Shown here piece by piece: positions 38,339 through 48,700 of a stretch of DNA of 60,276 nucleotides. Below the pieces are notes generated by a model. The model saw only the letters and a list, made by a program, of their open reading frames with translations, had not been told where the DNA came from and did not search any database. Numbering within the stretch: the stretch's first letter is position 1; each line of letters opens with the position of its first letter. Source of the DNA: an uncultured Muribaculaceae bacterium (GTDB lineage Bacteria > Bacillota_I > Bacilli_A > RF39 > UBA660); assembly GCA_964630365.1 (NCBI GenBank), contig CAZVUP010000006.1:1-60276 (forward strand). The letters are read 5' to 3'. The translations under genes were made by a program, and so were the position numbers.

Positions 38339-40651
38339 TTATTGTTTTGCATATACATGTTTTTGTTCAGATTCATTATCAGTTACAGAAGCAATTAAAT
38401 TATCAAGCATTTTATTAATATTTTGTTGATATAGAAGAAGCATCTTCTTAGTTATTTCATTTACTTCTTCCTCACTTATACCAAAGAAATCAGCTATTTC
38501 TTTTGGTTTAAAGAATCTGTTATCGGCATAACCAAGTCTTAGAGAAATAATTATAGCTTCTTTGGCTGGTAATACTTTTAACATATCCGTAAAATCTGGT
38601 GATCTAAGTAGTTCTAGTATTTTTATATAGTCTGCTTTTGATAAATCTGCTGGTTGTTGGTTATTGTCTTCTTTACTAATTGATGGAGCTTCTTGTTTCT
38701 CAGTAATTGGCATAACTGTTTTTTTCTTCACTTCTAGTTGCTCTAAATCACTAGGGGAAGTTATTTCTTTTACTTGTAATTGTTCTTTAGGTTTTTCTAT
38801 TACAGGATTTTTTCCTTTTCTTGGAGCACGTTTTTGAATTTTGTAATCTGGATTAACAATAATTCTTTTAATTCTAGGAATTATTACATTAAAAAAGTGC
38901 GCACTTTGTTTTTTATCTAGTGGTTTTCCATTAGGATGTTCTAAATCTTCACCATATTTTATTCTTAAGATTTCTTTATCATCTTCAGGTATTTTTGAAA
39001 TTGCTGAGTCAACCTCCTCTTTTGTATACATGTCTAAAAGTTCGTAAATTGTTTTTGGCTTTTTCATTTTCTTTCCTCCTTTATTTGATACAGTTCTTTT
39101 AGATATCGTTTTGGTTTTTTTTGTTTCTACTGGATATAATTTATACCCTTGTTCATGAACTAAGGCTTCCCTATAGGCTCCGATATTTTCTAGAGCTTCT
39201 TTGGGATCATCCATATATACTGCAAAATCTTTTATATATCTGGAATTTCTTAATTTTCTTATTGCTCTTGTTTCTACTTGTCTAACTCGCTCTCTTGTTA
39301 TGTTATAGACTGCTCCAATTTCTTCAAGTGTCATCGGAGTTGTTCCATCGAGCCCAAAACGCATTGTTACTACTTCTCTCTCACGTTTTTTTAAATTACA
39401 TTTGTTTAAAAGAGCTTGAATTTCTTTACTTAATGTTTTAGTGATTATTTGTTCTTCGATTGGTTTATCACGATTAGGAATAAATTTTTCAAGTTCAGAA
39501 TCTTCTTGATCATTTATAAATTCATTGAGACTTCCCGCATCTGATTGTATTCTATGTAAATCTATAGCTTTTTCTATTGAAACACCAATATATCTAGCTG
39601 TTTCTTCTATTGTAGGGTCTCTACCTAGTTGTTTTTTTAATGTATTATTAGCATCACGATATTTTTTTACCATTTCATATTGATGAACTGGTAATCTTAT
39701 TGTTCTTCCTTTGTCAGCAATTGCTCTTGTAACAGCCTGACGCACCCACCAAGTTGCATAGGTGGAGAACTTATAACCAAATTCGGGATTAAATTTTTCA
39801 ACGGCTTTAATTAATCCCAAGTTTCCCTCTTGAATTAGATCAAGAAGACTTAGACCTCTTCCTTGATATCTTTTCGCAACACTAACAACTAGTCGAAGAT
39901 TTGCTTCAATAAATTTTGTTTTTGCTTTTTCATCTCCAAGGGCAATTAATTCAATTAGTTCTTGTTCTTCTTCTGGTTTTAATAAGGATATATTTCCGGC
40001 TTCTTTTAAATACATTCCTACGATATCAGAAGTCTTAGCCTCTTTTTCATAATCAAAATCTTCTTCAATTGTTTTTATTTCGATACCATTTTGGTCGCAA
40101 TAAACTTCAATTGCCGATAATAATATTGGACTTTCATATAGTATTTCAAGTGGTTCATTTTCGAGTTTATTTTTATCTCTTTCGATAACTATTTCTAACA
40201 TTTTCAGAAAATAGGAATTTTCATTTAGTAGTTTTATAATTATACTTTTGTTAGGAATATATTCATATTGATTTAAAAAATCTAATAATTTATCAAAAAA
40301 GTCAATGATAGAATTATAATTAACCTTTTTATTTGGATAATTGTTAATGTAGTTATTTATGGTGGTATAAGCAAAATGTGAGTCTTGAAGTTTTATTTTT
40401 ATTATACTTTCTATTTTTGTATCTAATTCATTTTTTATATATTCTAGATATTCTATACTTCCGTCATAACTTTCTTTACTCTTTTCAATTATCTCTAGTA
40501 GAATTGCATGATATTCTTGAACTGTTAATTTTGCAATTAAATAAGTATTATATTTTTTAAGAGATGGTAATATAATTTTAAATAATTGATTAGAATCTTT
40601 CTGTTTTACTTGTTGTAATCCTATTTCCAATTTATTTCCACCTCCTAGCAA
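38339..40651 (-). CDS. Extended RpoD-like sigma-70 factor (770 aa)
   Basis: [70 protein letters not shown]; long N- and C-terminal extensions. Confidence 0.92.
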   Translation of the reverse strand: MLGGGNKLEIGLQQVKQKDSNQLFKIILPSLKKYNTYLIAKLTVQEYHAILLEIIEKSKESYDGSIEYLEYIKNELDTKIESIIKIKLQDSHFAYTTINNYINNYPNKKVNYNSIIDFFDKLLDFLNQYEYIPNKSIIIKLLNENSYFLKMLEIVIERDKNKLENEPLEILYESPILLSAIEVYCDQNGIEIKTIEEDFDYEKEAKTSDIVGMYLKEAGNISLLKPEEEQELIELIALGDEKAKTKFIEANLRLVVSVAKRYQGRGLSLLDLIQEGNLGLIKAVEKFNPEFGYKFSTYATWWVRQAVTRAIADKGRTIRLPVHQYEMVKKYRDANNTLKKQLGRDPTIEETARYIGVSIEKAIDLHRIQSDAGSLNEFINDQEDSELEKFIPNRDKPIEEQIITKTLSKEIQALLNKCNLKKREREVVTMRFGLDGTTPMTLEEIGAVYNITRERVRQVETRAIRKLRNSRYIKDFAVYMDDPKEALENIGAYREALVHEQGYKLYPVETKKTKTISKRTVSNKGGKKMKKPKTIYELLDMYTKEEVDSAISKIPEDDKEILRIKYGEDLEHPNGKPLDKKQSAHFFNVIIPRIKRIIVNPDYKIQKRAPRKGKNPVIEKPKEQLQVKEITSPSDLEQLEVKKKTVMPITEKQEAPSISKEDNNQQPADLSKADYIKILELLRSPDFTDMLKVLPAKEAIIISLRLGYADNRFFKPKEIADFFGISEEEVNEITKKMLLLYQQNINKMLDNLIASVTDNESEQKHVYAKQ

Positions 40652-40697
40652 ACTTAAATGTGGTGTTATTTATTCTATCATATTTTTTCTAATTTTT

Positions 40698-41087
40698 CTA
40701 AATATTATCTATTTTTATTATCTCTTTCAACTTTATCCTTTTTTTATCTTGAAAAATTATTTCTTGTGAGATGATATTTATTTTAGAAAAAAAGCCTTCA
40801 TATATTCGATATATTCCTCCTACTTTATTTTTATCTGGGATAAAATATTCAACTTTTATTCTTTGATTTTCTTTTAGGGTTTGCATTTTACTATTTAAAA
40901 TAGATATTTCTTCTTCTGTTAATATTTTTTTTGGTGTTACAATTCTTTTAACTTCTTGAATTTTTTCTTTGTATCCTGTTAAGGCATCAAATGGAGCAAA
41001 TTGAGCAGCTCTATTTTCTATATTCATTCTGGGATGATATTTTAATTCATAATGAGGGTAATTTAAGATATCATAATATTCATTCAT
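40698..41087 (-). CDS. YolD-like protein
   Basis: YYDILNYPHY...HPRM...RAAQFAPFDALTGY; overlaps the umuC-like stop. Confidence 0.85.
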   Translation of the reverse strand: MNEYYDILNYPHYELKYHPRMNIENRAAQFAPFDALTGYKEKIQEVKRIVTPKKILTEEEISILNSKMQTLKENQRIKVEYFIPDKNKVGGIYRIYEGFFSKINIISQEIIFQDKKRIKLKEIIKIDNI

Positions 41088-42568
41088 GCTTTATGTCCTC
41101 CTATTTGTTTATTTCTCTCAATTGTTGTTGCTCCTTCTTTTAAGTTTGTACCTATTAGAATGGTATTTTTGCCATATTTTGCTTTTAATTCTATAATAAC
41201 TTGTTGAAGATTTTGATCACTTTTTTCTAAGATCCTTTCTTGTTTTTTATTGTAGTCATATTTCTCATTATCTGTGAATAAATCTAGTTGTTTATAAATA
41301 ATTTCTTCTTTTATAGTTTCTTCTCTTTGTAAATTACAAAAAGAGATGTTTATTCTTCTTACCCAAAGATTTTTATTAATAATAGTCTCAAATAATTCTA
41401 TTACTTTCTTTTTAATAATTTTTATGGAAGAAGTAAAGTAATCTAGTCTAATGGTTCCATGGGCATGTTTTGGTATTTCTCGACCATAAAAATCCTTGGT
41501 AATTTCTCCGATATATTCGTCTTTAATTCTTTGATTTTCTAAATTACTAATATCATAACCAATAGTTAAAACAATATGATTTGTCATATAGTGCTTACTT
41601 GTCATTTCTAAAATTAGTAATTCACTCATTTCTTGAATAATAATTTTAGTTTTTTCATAGTTATATGGTTCATGTAGTACTTGAGAAGATGATAGACTGT
41701 TTCTTAGTGGTTTATAACTTTTTATATCTTTCATCTGACAATTTTCCCAACCCCAGGCATGATCAATTATTAATTCAGCATTTATTCCGAATAGATGAAA
41801 TAACTTATTTTCATTTTCTAGCGAGCATCTTGCGATATCCCCCATTGTATATAGATTATTCTTTTTTAGAGTTTTTGAAATTCCTTTACCAATTCTCCAA
41901 AAATCAGTCAGTGGTTTATGATTCCATAATTCTTGACGATAGCTTATTTCGTTCAAAAAAGCTATTCTTACTCCGTATTCATTTGGTTCTTTATGTTTGG
42001 CGACAATATCCATTGCAACTTTTGCTAAATATAGGTTGGTTCCAATACCGGCTGTTGCTGTAATTCCTGTTTCTTGATAGACATCTTGAAGAATTCTTGT
42101 TACCAATTCTTCAGGACTGCATTTATATAATTTTAGGTAATTTGTGATATCTGCAAATACTTCATCAATAGAATAAACAAAGATATCTTCTGGAGATAAA
42201 TGTCTTAAATAAATACTATAAATGTTAGTACTATACTTTAAATATAGACTCATTCGTGGACGAGCGACAATATAGTCTATTTTTAAGTGTGGATTATTCT
42301 GAATTTCTATATCATTATGAGATTTGCCAATAAATGGTTTTCTCTTTTTATTAATTTCTTTAATCGTTTGAACAACTTCAAACAAACGTGATCTTCCAGA
42401 TAAGCCATACTGTTTTAGCGATGGTGATACGGCAAGGCAAATTGTTTTTTCTGTTCTAGAAGAATCTGCTACTACTAAATTCGTTGTTAAGGGGTCTAAG
42501 TTTCTTTCTCTACATTCTACCGAAGCATAAAAACTCTTTAAATCAATACAGATATAGATTTGATTCAT
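41084..42568 (-). CDS. Y-family DNA polymerase (UmuC/UvrX-like)
   Basis: CIDLKSFYASVEC, ICLAVSP, YSIDE, GIGTNLYLAKVAMD, IGGHKA. Confidence 0.92.
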   Translation of the reverse strand: MNQIYICIDLKSFYASVECRERNLDPLTTNLVVADSSRTEKTICLAVSPSLKQYGLSGRSRLFEVVQTIKEINKKRKPFIGKSHNDIEIQNNPHLKIDYIVARPRMSLYLKYSTNIYSIYLRHLSPEDIFVYSIDEVFADITNYLKLYKCSPEELVTRILQDVYQETGITATAGIGTNLYLAKVAMDIVAKHKEPNEYGVRIAFLNEISYRQELWNHKPLTDFWRIGKGISKTLKKNNLYTMGDIARCSLENENKLFHLFGINAELIIDHAWGWENCQMKDIKSYKPLRNSLSSSQVLHEPYNYEKTKIIIQEMSELLILEMTSKHYMTNHIVLTIGYDISNLENQRIKDEYIGEITKDFYGREIPKHAHGTIRLDYFTSSIKIIKKKVIELFETIINKNLWVRRINISFCNLQREETIKEEIIYKQLDLFTDNEKYDYNKKQERILEKSDQNLQQVIIELKAKYGKNTILIGTNLKEGATTIERNKQIGGHKA

Positions 42569-42613
42569 AATTATTCCTCCTTGAATCTACTATATCATAA
42601 TTTTTTATTTTTT

Positions 42614-42627
42614 AGAACATTTGTTTG
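42614..42627. promoter_or_regulatory. LexA (SOS/Cheo) box
   Basis: AGAACATTTGTTTG matches Firmicute CGAAC-N4-GTTYG, upstream of the Y-family polymerase. Confidence 0.8.
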
Positions 42628-42663
42628 CTTTTTTACATAAAAAAAAGACTTAATATTAGTCTT

Positions 42664-43548
42664 TTATATTTCTATTAATTCATAATCAGTTGAACCAAGA
42701 CCTAGACTTTCGGCATATTCTGTAATATGGCGTCCTTTACGAGAATCTATTCTCTCTTCTATTTCTTTTGTTCCATCTTCCTGAGTTTTCCAAATTGCAT
42801 CTAAAAAAGCTTGATCATTAGCAACTGGGTCCGTTGAAGCAAAAATTCCGATGTCACCAATTACTGGGTCTCCTTGATTAGCATCACAGTCACAATCTAC
42901 AGATATAGCGTTTGCAACTGTTATATAAACGATTGGTTTGTTATTTTCTTTTAAGTAGTCTGCTACTGCTGTTGCAGCTTCAGCCATTGATTCAATAAAG
43001 TCAATTTGTTCATGTTTATCACTCCAGCAAAGATCTGGATCTTCAGTATGACCACAACTATGAATGTAAGCTTTTCCATTACGTGATGCTATACCAATAG
43101 ATTGATTTTTTAAGTTAGCTCCAAAGCCACCCATCATATGACCTTTACCATGAGCAAGATTTAGAATTGAATCATAGTTTTTAAAACTTTCTCCAATAAG
43201 ATCATATTCTAGATGTTTTCCATTGTGTACTGGTATTTTAAATTCGCCAGTGCTATCCATAATATCAACATCAGAAAAAGCAGTAAAGCCATGTTTTTCA
43301 GCTACTTTTAAATGCTCTTCTGTTGTTGTTCTTGCACCTGGATATGCAGTATTACATTCAATTATTGTTCCATTTAATTTTTTAACCAATGGCGCAATTA
43401 AATCAGCTTTCAAATACCCTTTAGCACCATCTTCTCCAGTTGATACTTTAACTCCTACTTTTCCTGGTAATTCTACTCCTAATTTTTCATAAATTTCAAT
43501 TAATTTCTCTGGTGTTATTTCTTTTGTAAAATATACTTTTGATTTCAT
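42664..43548 (-). CDS. DUF362 domain putative Fe-S protein
   Basis: SKVYFTKEI, VKVSTGE, ECNTAY.G.R, HGKGHMMGGFGANLKNQSIG, CDC, ASTDPVA.DQA. Confidence 0.85.
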   Translation of the reverse strand: MKSKVYFTKEITPEKLIEIYEKLGVELPGKVGVKVSTGEDGAKGYLKADLIAPLVKKLNGTIIECNTAYPGARTTTEEHLKVAEKHGFTAFSDVDIMDSTGEFKIPVHNGKHLEYDLIGESFKNYDSILNLAHGKGHMMGGFGANLKNQSIGIASRNGKAYIHSCGHTEDPDLCWSDKHEQIDFIESMAEAATAVADYLKENNKPIVYITVANAISVDCDCDANQGDPVIGDIGIFASTDPVANDQAFLDAIWKTQEDGTKEIEERIDSRKGRHITEYAESLGLGSTDYELIEI

Positions 43549-43557
43549 TTTTTTCTC

Positions 43558-44505
43558 CTATTTTTTTAATTCTAATTCTTCTGGTTTTCTTAATTTTTGA
43601 TGTTTGAATACTGGTATATTATATTTTTGTCCAAGTGCTCTAATAACATCTTTATAACAACCTTTAGTATTATCGTGATAAGTTATTGCTTCAACATCAC
43701 CAATTGCTTTAATAGCATTATCCATATATTCAATGCCATGATCTCCAATATATTCTCCCGTTACTAACCACTGATTAGCAATGATATGTGTTACACCAAA
43801 TGTGTCTTTACCATCATTCCAAGTAGTAAATACGGCTTTGGCAAAGTCAGGATCAAAGTGCATTCCACCAACACATAAAATATTATGAATTTTCATATCA
43901 TCATCATTAAACACTTCAAATAATGTATCAGTTAAGGCATTAACTGCTGTTTCATTTTCCCAACTACTTGGGTCTGATCCTATTTCAATATCAACCATTG
44001 GAACAGGGAACTTTACTAAAGCTTTTGCTTTTTTACTATCATCATAACAGCCAGACCAATGGGTTGCTTCCGTTACAACACTATATTCATCTAATCCATA
44101 TTTTACTCTATTTCTTTCATAAGCATAAAGTAAGTTATGCATGCATCTTACATTAGTCGGACCATAAATTCCTTCATTAACATCACCTAATGAGTGTACT
44201 GTTAAAACATTAGGTGGAGCAGAAGCTCCCTCATGCCAGGTGACCATTCCAGACATATCACAATCCGAAAAATATTTATTCATATCATTTAATAATTCAT
44301 CATAGCAATAACAAACAGGTTTATTAGTTTCAGCAAAATAATAAATGTTATCTTTTTCATCTACAAACTTTAAAACATCATAGCCATCAAAAATAATACC
44401 AGATTTTTCTAGTTTTCTTTTCTTTAAATTATCTAAAACAAGTTTAGATACATGACCATTAATACCTTTATTATTACAAATAAAATATACAACTTTCTTG
44501 CTCAT
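43558..44505 (-). CDS. D-aminoacyl-tRNA deacylase, DTD2 (archaeal/plant GEK1)-like
   Basis: WH.G..P..LTVHSLGD, TEATHW, P.VDIEIGS....W, GGMHF mirror DTD2 motifs LTVH..GN, EATHHGP, EIGS...W, GGGHY. Confidence 0.75.
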   Translation of the reverse strand: MSKKVVYFICNNKGINGHVSKLVLDNLKKRKLEKSGIIFDGYDVLKFVDEKDNIYYFAETNKPVCYCYDELLNDMNKYFSDCDMSGMVTWHEGASAPPNVLTVHSLGDVNEGIYGPTNVRCMHNLLYAYERNRVKYGLDEYSVVTEATHWSGCYDDSKKAKALVKFPVPMVDIEIGSDPSSWENETAVNALTDTLFEVFNDDDMKIHNILCVGGMHFDPDFAKAVFTTWNDGKDTFGVTHIIANQWLVTGEYIGDHGIEYMDNAIKAIGDVEAITYHDNTKGCYKDVIRALGQKYNIPVFKHQKLRKPEELELKK

Positions 44506-44564
44506 ATCATCATTCCTTTTCTTTTATATTATAGCTTAGTTCGATAAAAAGAGAAAGCAAAATA

Positions 44565-45161
44565 TTAATTACTTTCTTCTTTATGGGTTAATATAAACAC
44601 TATCATAGTAAGTGATAAAATAGTTACTAATATGTAGATTATCAAATAATTATCGCTTGATGTTACTGGTACTACAACTGGTTCATTTTCCAATTCTTCT
44701 ACTAAAAATGTCCAACTTAAATATCTTTCTTCATCTTCTATGACATTACCTACTGAAGTAGGCACTTCTAATTTTAACTTTAATTCAATATTACTATCAT
44801 TATTAAGATCTGTTATTTTTATTAGACCTTTGTAGTCTTCTAATTGTTCATTATCTTTATATAGTGTTATTTTTAAATGCTCTAAAATATCATTATCAAT
44901 ATTAGTATCTAATCTTATATATAGATTAGTTTTTTTAGAAATATTTACGCCTTTAATGTTAATTGTTTCTTCCCGAATATCTCCAGGTATTAAATCTTTA
45001 AATCCAGAAAACAAATCTGCCTGATTAAGATTGTAATATGTAAAATCTTTGGTATTACCATCGTAATATAAAGTATTATTAGAATTATAAGATCTATTTA
45101 TATTATATATTGATATTAAAGAGATTATTAATAATATAGATATAATTATTTTTTTCTTCAT
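44565..45161 (-). CDS. TasA-like domain protein with C-terminal sortase-type anchor
   Basis: Signal peptide, DLFSGFKDLIPGD, VPVTS-TM tail. Confidence 0.55.
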   Translation of the reverse strand: MKKKIIISILLIISLISIYNINRSYNSNNTLYYDGNTKDFTYYNLNQADLFSGFKDLIPGDIREETINIKGVNISKKTNLYIRLDTNIDNDILEHLKITLYKDNEQLEDYKGLIKITDLNNDSNIELKLKLEVPTSVGNVIEDEERYLSWTFLVEELENEPVVVPVTSSDNYLIIYILVTILSLTMIVFILTHKEESN

Positions 45162-45169
45162 ATAATCAC

Positions 45170-45706
45170 CTAGCTTTCTAGGTTAATGTTATGATTATCT
45201 ATAGTAACATTCCAAGCTTCTTCTACTGCTTCTTCTGGTTTAGCTTGAATTGTTTGTGAGGCAATCGTAACATCAAGAGTTTTATTTGTATGATTTCCTA
45301 ATTCAATACATTTTTTTATTAAAATATCTGTACTGGCATTGGCTTCTACTGGTAGCTTGTAATAATAATAACCATCTTTATATTGCCAATTACTAGAAGT
45401 AGATAAAGTAAGTTCATAATCAACATCTTTTACTGGTTTTTCATATAGGATAACGCCATTTTCGTCTTTAAATGATACAATTACTGCTACTCTTACATAA
45501 GCTGGTACATTTCCAGTATTTTTTATTTTTACATCTTCTTTAATATTATTTTGAAATTTTTCTTCTATTTGATTAGAAACTTTACCAATTTCAAATTCAT
45601 TAGCAGCTAAGGAACTTTTTGTTAAATAAGCAATAGTTGTCATGGTAGCAGCTAAAAGTAAAACAATACTTGTAATAATTATTAATTGTTTTTTACTTAG
45701 ATGCAT
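45170..45706 (-). CDS. SipW-dependent (BsaA/TasA-like) secreted protein
   Basis: TTIAYLT..N.FEIG, K.VKIKNTGNVPAYVRV, DGYYYY, QTIQ. Confidence 0.8.
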   Translation of the reverse strand: MHLSKKQLIIITSIVLLLAATMTTIAYLTKSSLAANEFEIGKVSNQIEEKFQNNIKEDVKIKNTGNVPAYVRVAVIVSFKDENGVILYEKPVKDVDYELTLSTSSNWQYKDGYYYYKLPVEANASTDILIKKCIELGNHTNKTLDVTIASQTIQAKPEEAVEEAWNVTIDNHNINLES

Positions 45707-45721
45707 ACTTTATCCTCCTTT

Positions 45722-48700
45722 CTAGTCATATACATTTTCTTTATAATTCATGGAATCCAACCAATTACTTTTTAGTTTTGTATTACTAATAGTTAAATTT
45801 GGTTCTATAGAATAATTATCTAGCGAAAAATCAAAACTAACATTTTTATATCTCCAGGCCCAAGAAGAATCTTCTGTAATAGTATAATCACCTAATGGTA
45901 ATCTAATTGTTTCTGATTTACCTGGTCTTACAAGAACATTTATAATTTCATTAGTTGTTTTGTTTTTTATTTCAAAGATAAATATATCTGTTGTATTTTG
46001 ATCATCCATAGTATTTTTAGTTATTTGAACATCAACATAGAATTTAAAAAGAGCATTTCCTCTATCATCTGTTTCTTGAGTAAGAGGATCTTCAACAGTT
46101 TCATTTTTAAATAATTCAACAGCAAGGTTAGGTAAATCTCTTATAGAAATATTATCTGCTGTATAAGTTATTCTATCAATGTGAATTTTTAGTTCTGGTT
46201 GTTTATATGTAGTGTTTAAAGTTACTAATACTTTGTTGTTTTTAGTTGCGACTACGATTTCTTTTGTTACTGTACTATCAAGTTCAGTATTATTAGAGTC
46301 ATAAGCAATAATTCTATTCGTTACAGGATATAATTTCATATCAGATGAAATAGGATTATTTTTAAAATCATCCCAAGCTACTAAAGTACCATCTTCTTTT
46401 AACCAATTGTAGTTAATTAAAACTTCATTAGGTGCTAGAGTATTATAAATATCTACAAAAGCTTCATAGTCGATTGGAGTTTCAATATTATTACCAGATT
46501 CATCTTGCGTTATAGTTTGGAAAGTTCTTGTTTGATCAACTGGAACATAAACTGTTTTTAGAATACCTCCATTAATATTATAATAAGTTACTTCATAACT
46601 TTCTTTATATACTGCAGTATAAGTTTTATTACTATATTTTTCAGTATCAGATAATTCATAGTTTTCATTTTTAGAAATTAAAGTTCCTAAATTATTGATA
46701 TCTTGATATGATTCATACCAACCAACAAAGTGATAATGATTAATTTTTGATGTTAAAACTGTAGCATTCATTCTAGTTGCTAGTGGTCTAGTTATATTAT
46801 AGACAGTCGATTTATCTATTTGATTATTTGTTAAGTACTCATCAATATTAGAGTTAAGTGTTATGGTAGCTGCTACATATACTGGATATAATTCTATTGA
46901 ATCAGTTATTAATTGTTCTTCTTTGGCTAGAGTAAGATTTGATTTTTCAAAATCTGTTTTTGAAGCAAATAAGTGAGACATTCCAGTACTTGGTACAGTT
47001 TTTGTATAGCCAACAAACTGATACATTGCTCCTAAAGAGTTAATATCATATGTAGGAGTTGGTATTTCTCCAAGTTCATCACCGCTATTTTTAATATATG
47101 TTGTGATATTAGAATCATCAAGATGATATACAACAATATATGGTTCATAATTAGCTGTAAATGTATATGTTGGACCAGCTTCAATGTTATATGTATAGAC
47201 ACCATTTTCTGGGACAAGTTCTATTTCTTCTCCATTATTTATTTTTAAAGATACTGAGTATAATGTATATTTTGTCTCTTCACCAGTAACAACATAAGTA
47301 GAAGTGTCTGGTGTTATTGTTACTACTCCTGTACCGTCAGCATTTTCTTGAAGTGAATATATAGGATTAGGTGGTACATTTACATTATTATTAATTGATA
47401 TAACATTAGTAGTTGTTTCAATATTATATTTAGCATAAACAGGATATAAGTCTACTGTTTCTTCAACTAGCATGTTTTGATTAACAAGATAAGGTCTTAC
47501 TTTTTGCATATTAGAAGTTGTGTAGTTATCTCCTGCTACGTCATAGATATAATTCCACTCGGCACTATTTGGTTCGACATCTAAAGATGATATCCAGCCT
47601 AAGAAATAGTATCCAGTTTGAGTCATAGAACTATCTGTTGGTGATGCCGCAAATGTGACTGGATTAATAATATCAATATTATCATAAGTTCTAATTGGAA
47701 CATCAATAGTATTATAATGTTGGTATTTGTATGTATAAACTTCTTCTGTATTAAATACGTTGGTATTATATCTTCTTTGAACAGTAGTATAAGTATTATC
47801 TTTATTATAAAAATTAACATCAGCAGTTACAAAAGCTTTACTAAGATAAATATTATCTGTTGGTGTTGTTAAATCTCCTGTACCATATGGATTACTAGCA
47901 TAGGTCCAATGTTTACTATTATCATCTGTTCTTTCTAAAGTCCAAAACAATAAATGATATTTATTACTAACTGGAATAAATTCGAAATTAGCTGTATTAT
48001 GGTTAAATATACCTCCACTGCTTCCATTATCCCTGATTTGTCCAGAACCTGGAAAATCCATATCAACTTGTACCTTATATAGTGTATCATTTCCATTTGT
48101 TATATTATAATTATGGGAATATGCATCAAATGGAGCAGTTATTTTACCTGTATAAGTATCACTTGTATCATCGGTTGTGCCATGGTTGATATGACTGGTT
48201 CCCCAATGAGTAATGAACTCTCTAATATATCCGGGAGCCGCTATATTTTGAAAATCAGAATTATATTCTACCCACATAGTCTTATAAAGTTCACTATTAG
48301 TAAAATTATAACCATTTCCTTGTGTGTAAGCTCTTACATAATATCTAACTCGATATTCAAATTTTGCAGTATATGTATGTTGAGTTGTTAAATCTAGGTC
48401 ATTGGTATTAATTGTGTATGCCATATCCTTTGAGATGCGCATGTTATTAGAATCATACCAGCCTAAGAAACGATAACCATCTGGTAAGCTTCCGTTATTA
48501 GCACCTACTACATTAAGAGTTACAGTATTATCGTTATTTACTGTTACTTTGGCAGTTCCAACACCTACTCGCTCATAGGCATTATTAGAACTATCTAATT
48601 CATTACCTTCAAAGACTAGATTAATATTAGATACTAAATCAACATATATTGGATATAAATCTAATGTTTTAGTTATTTCGTCTCCTGCTTCATAATAATC

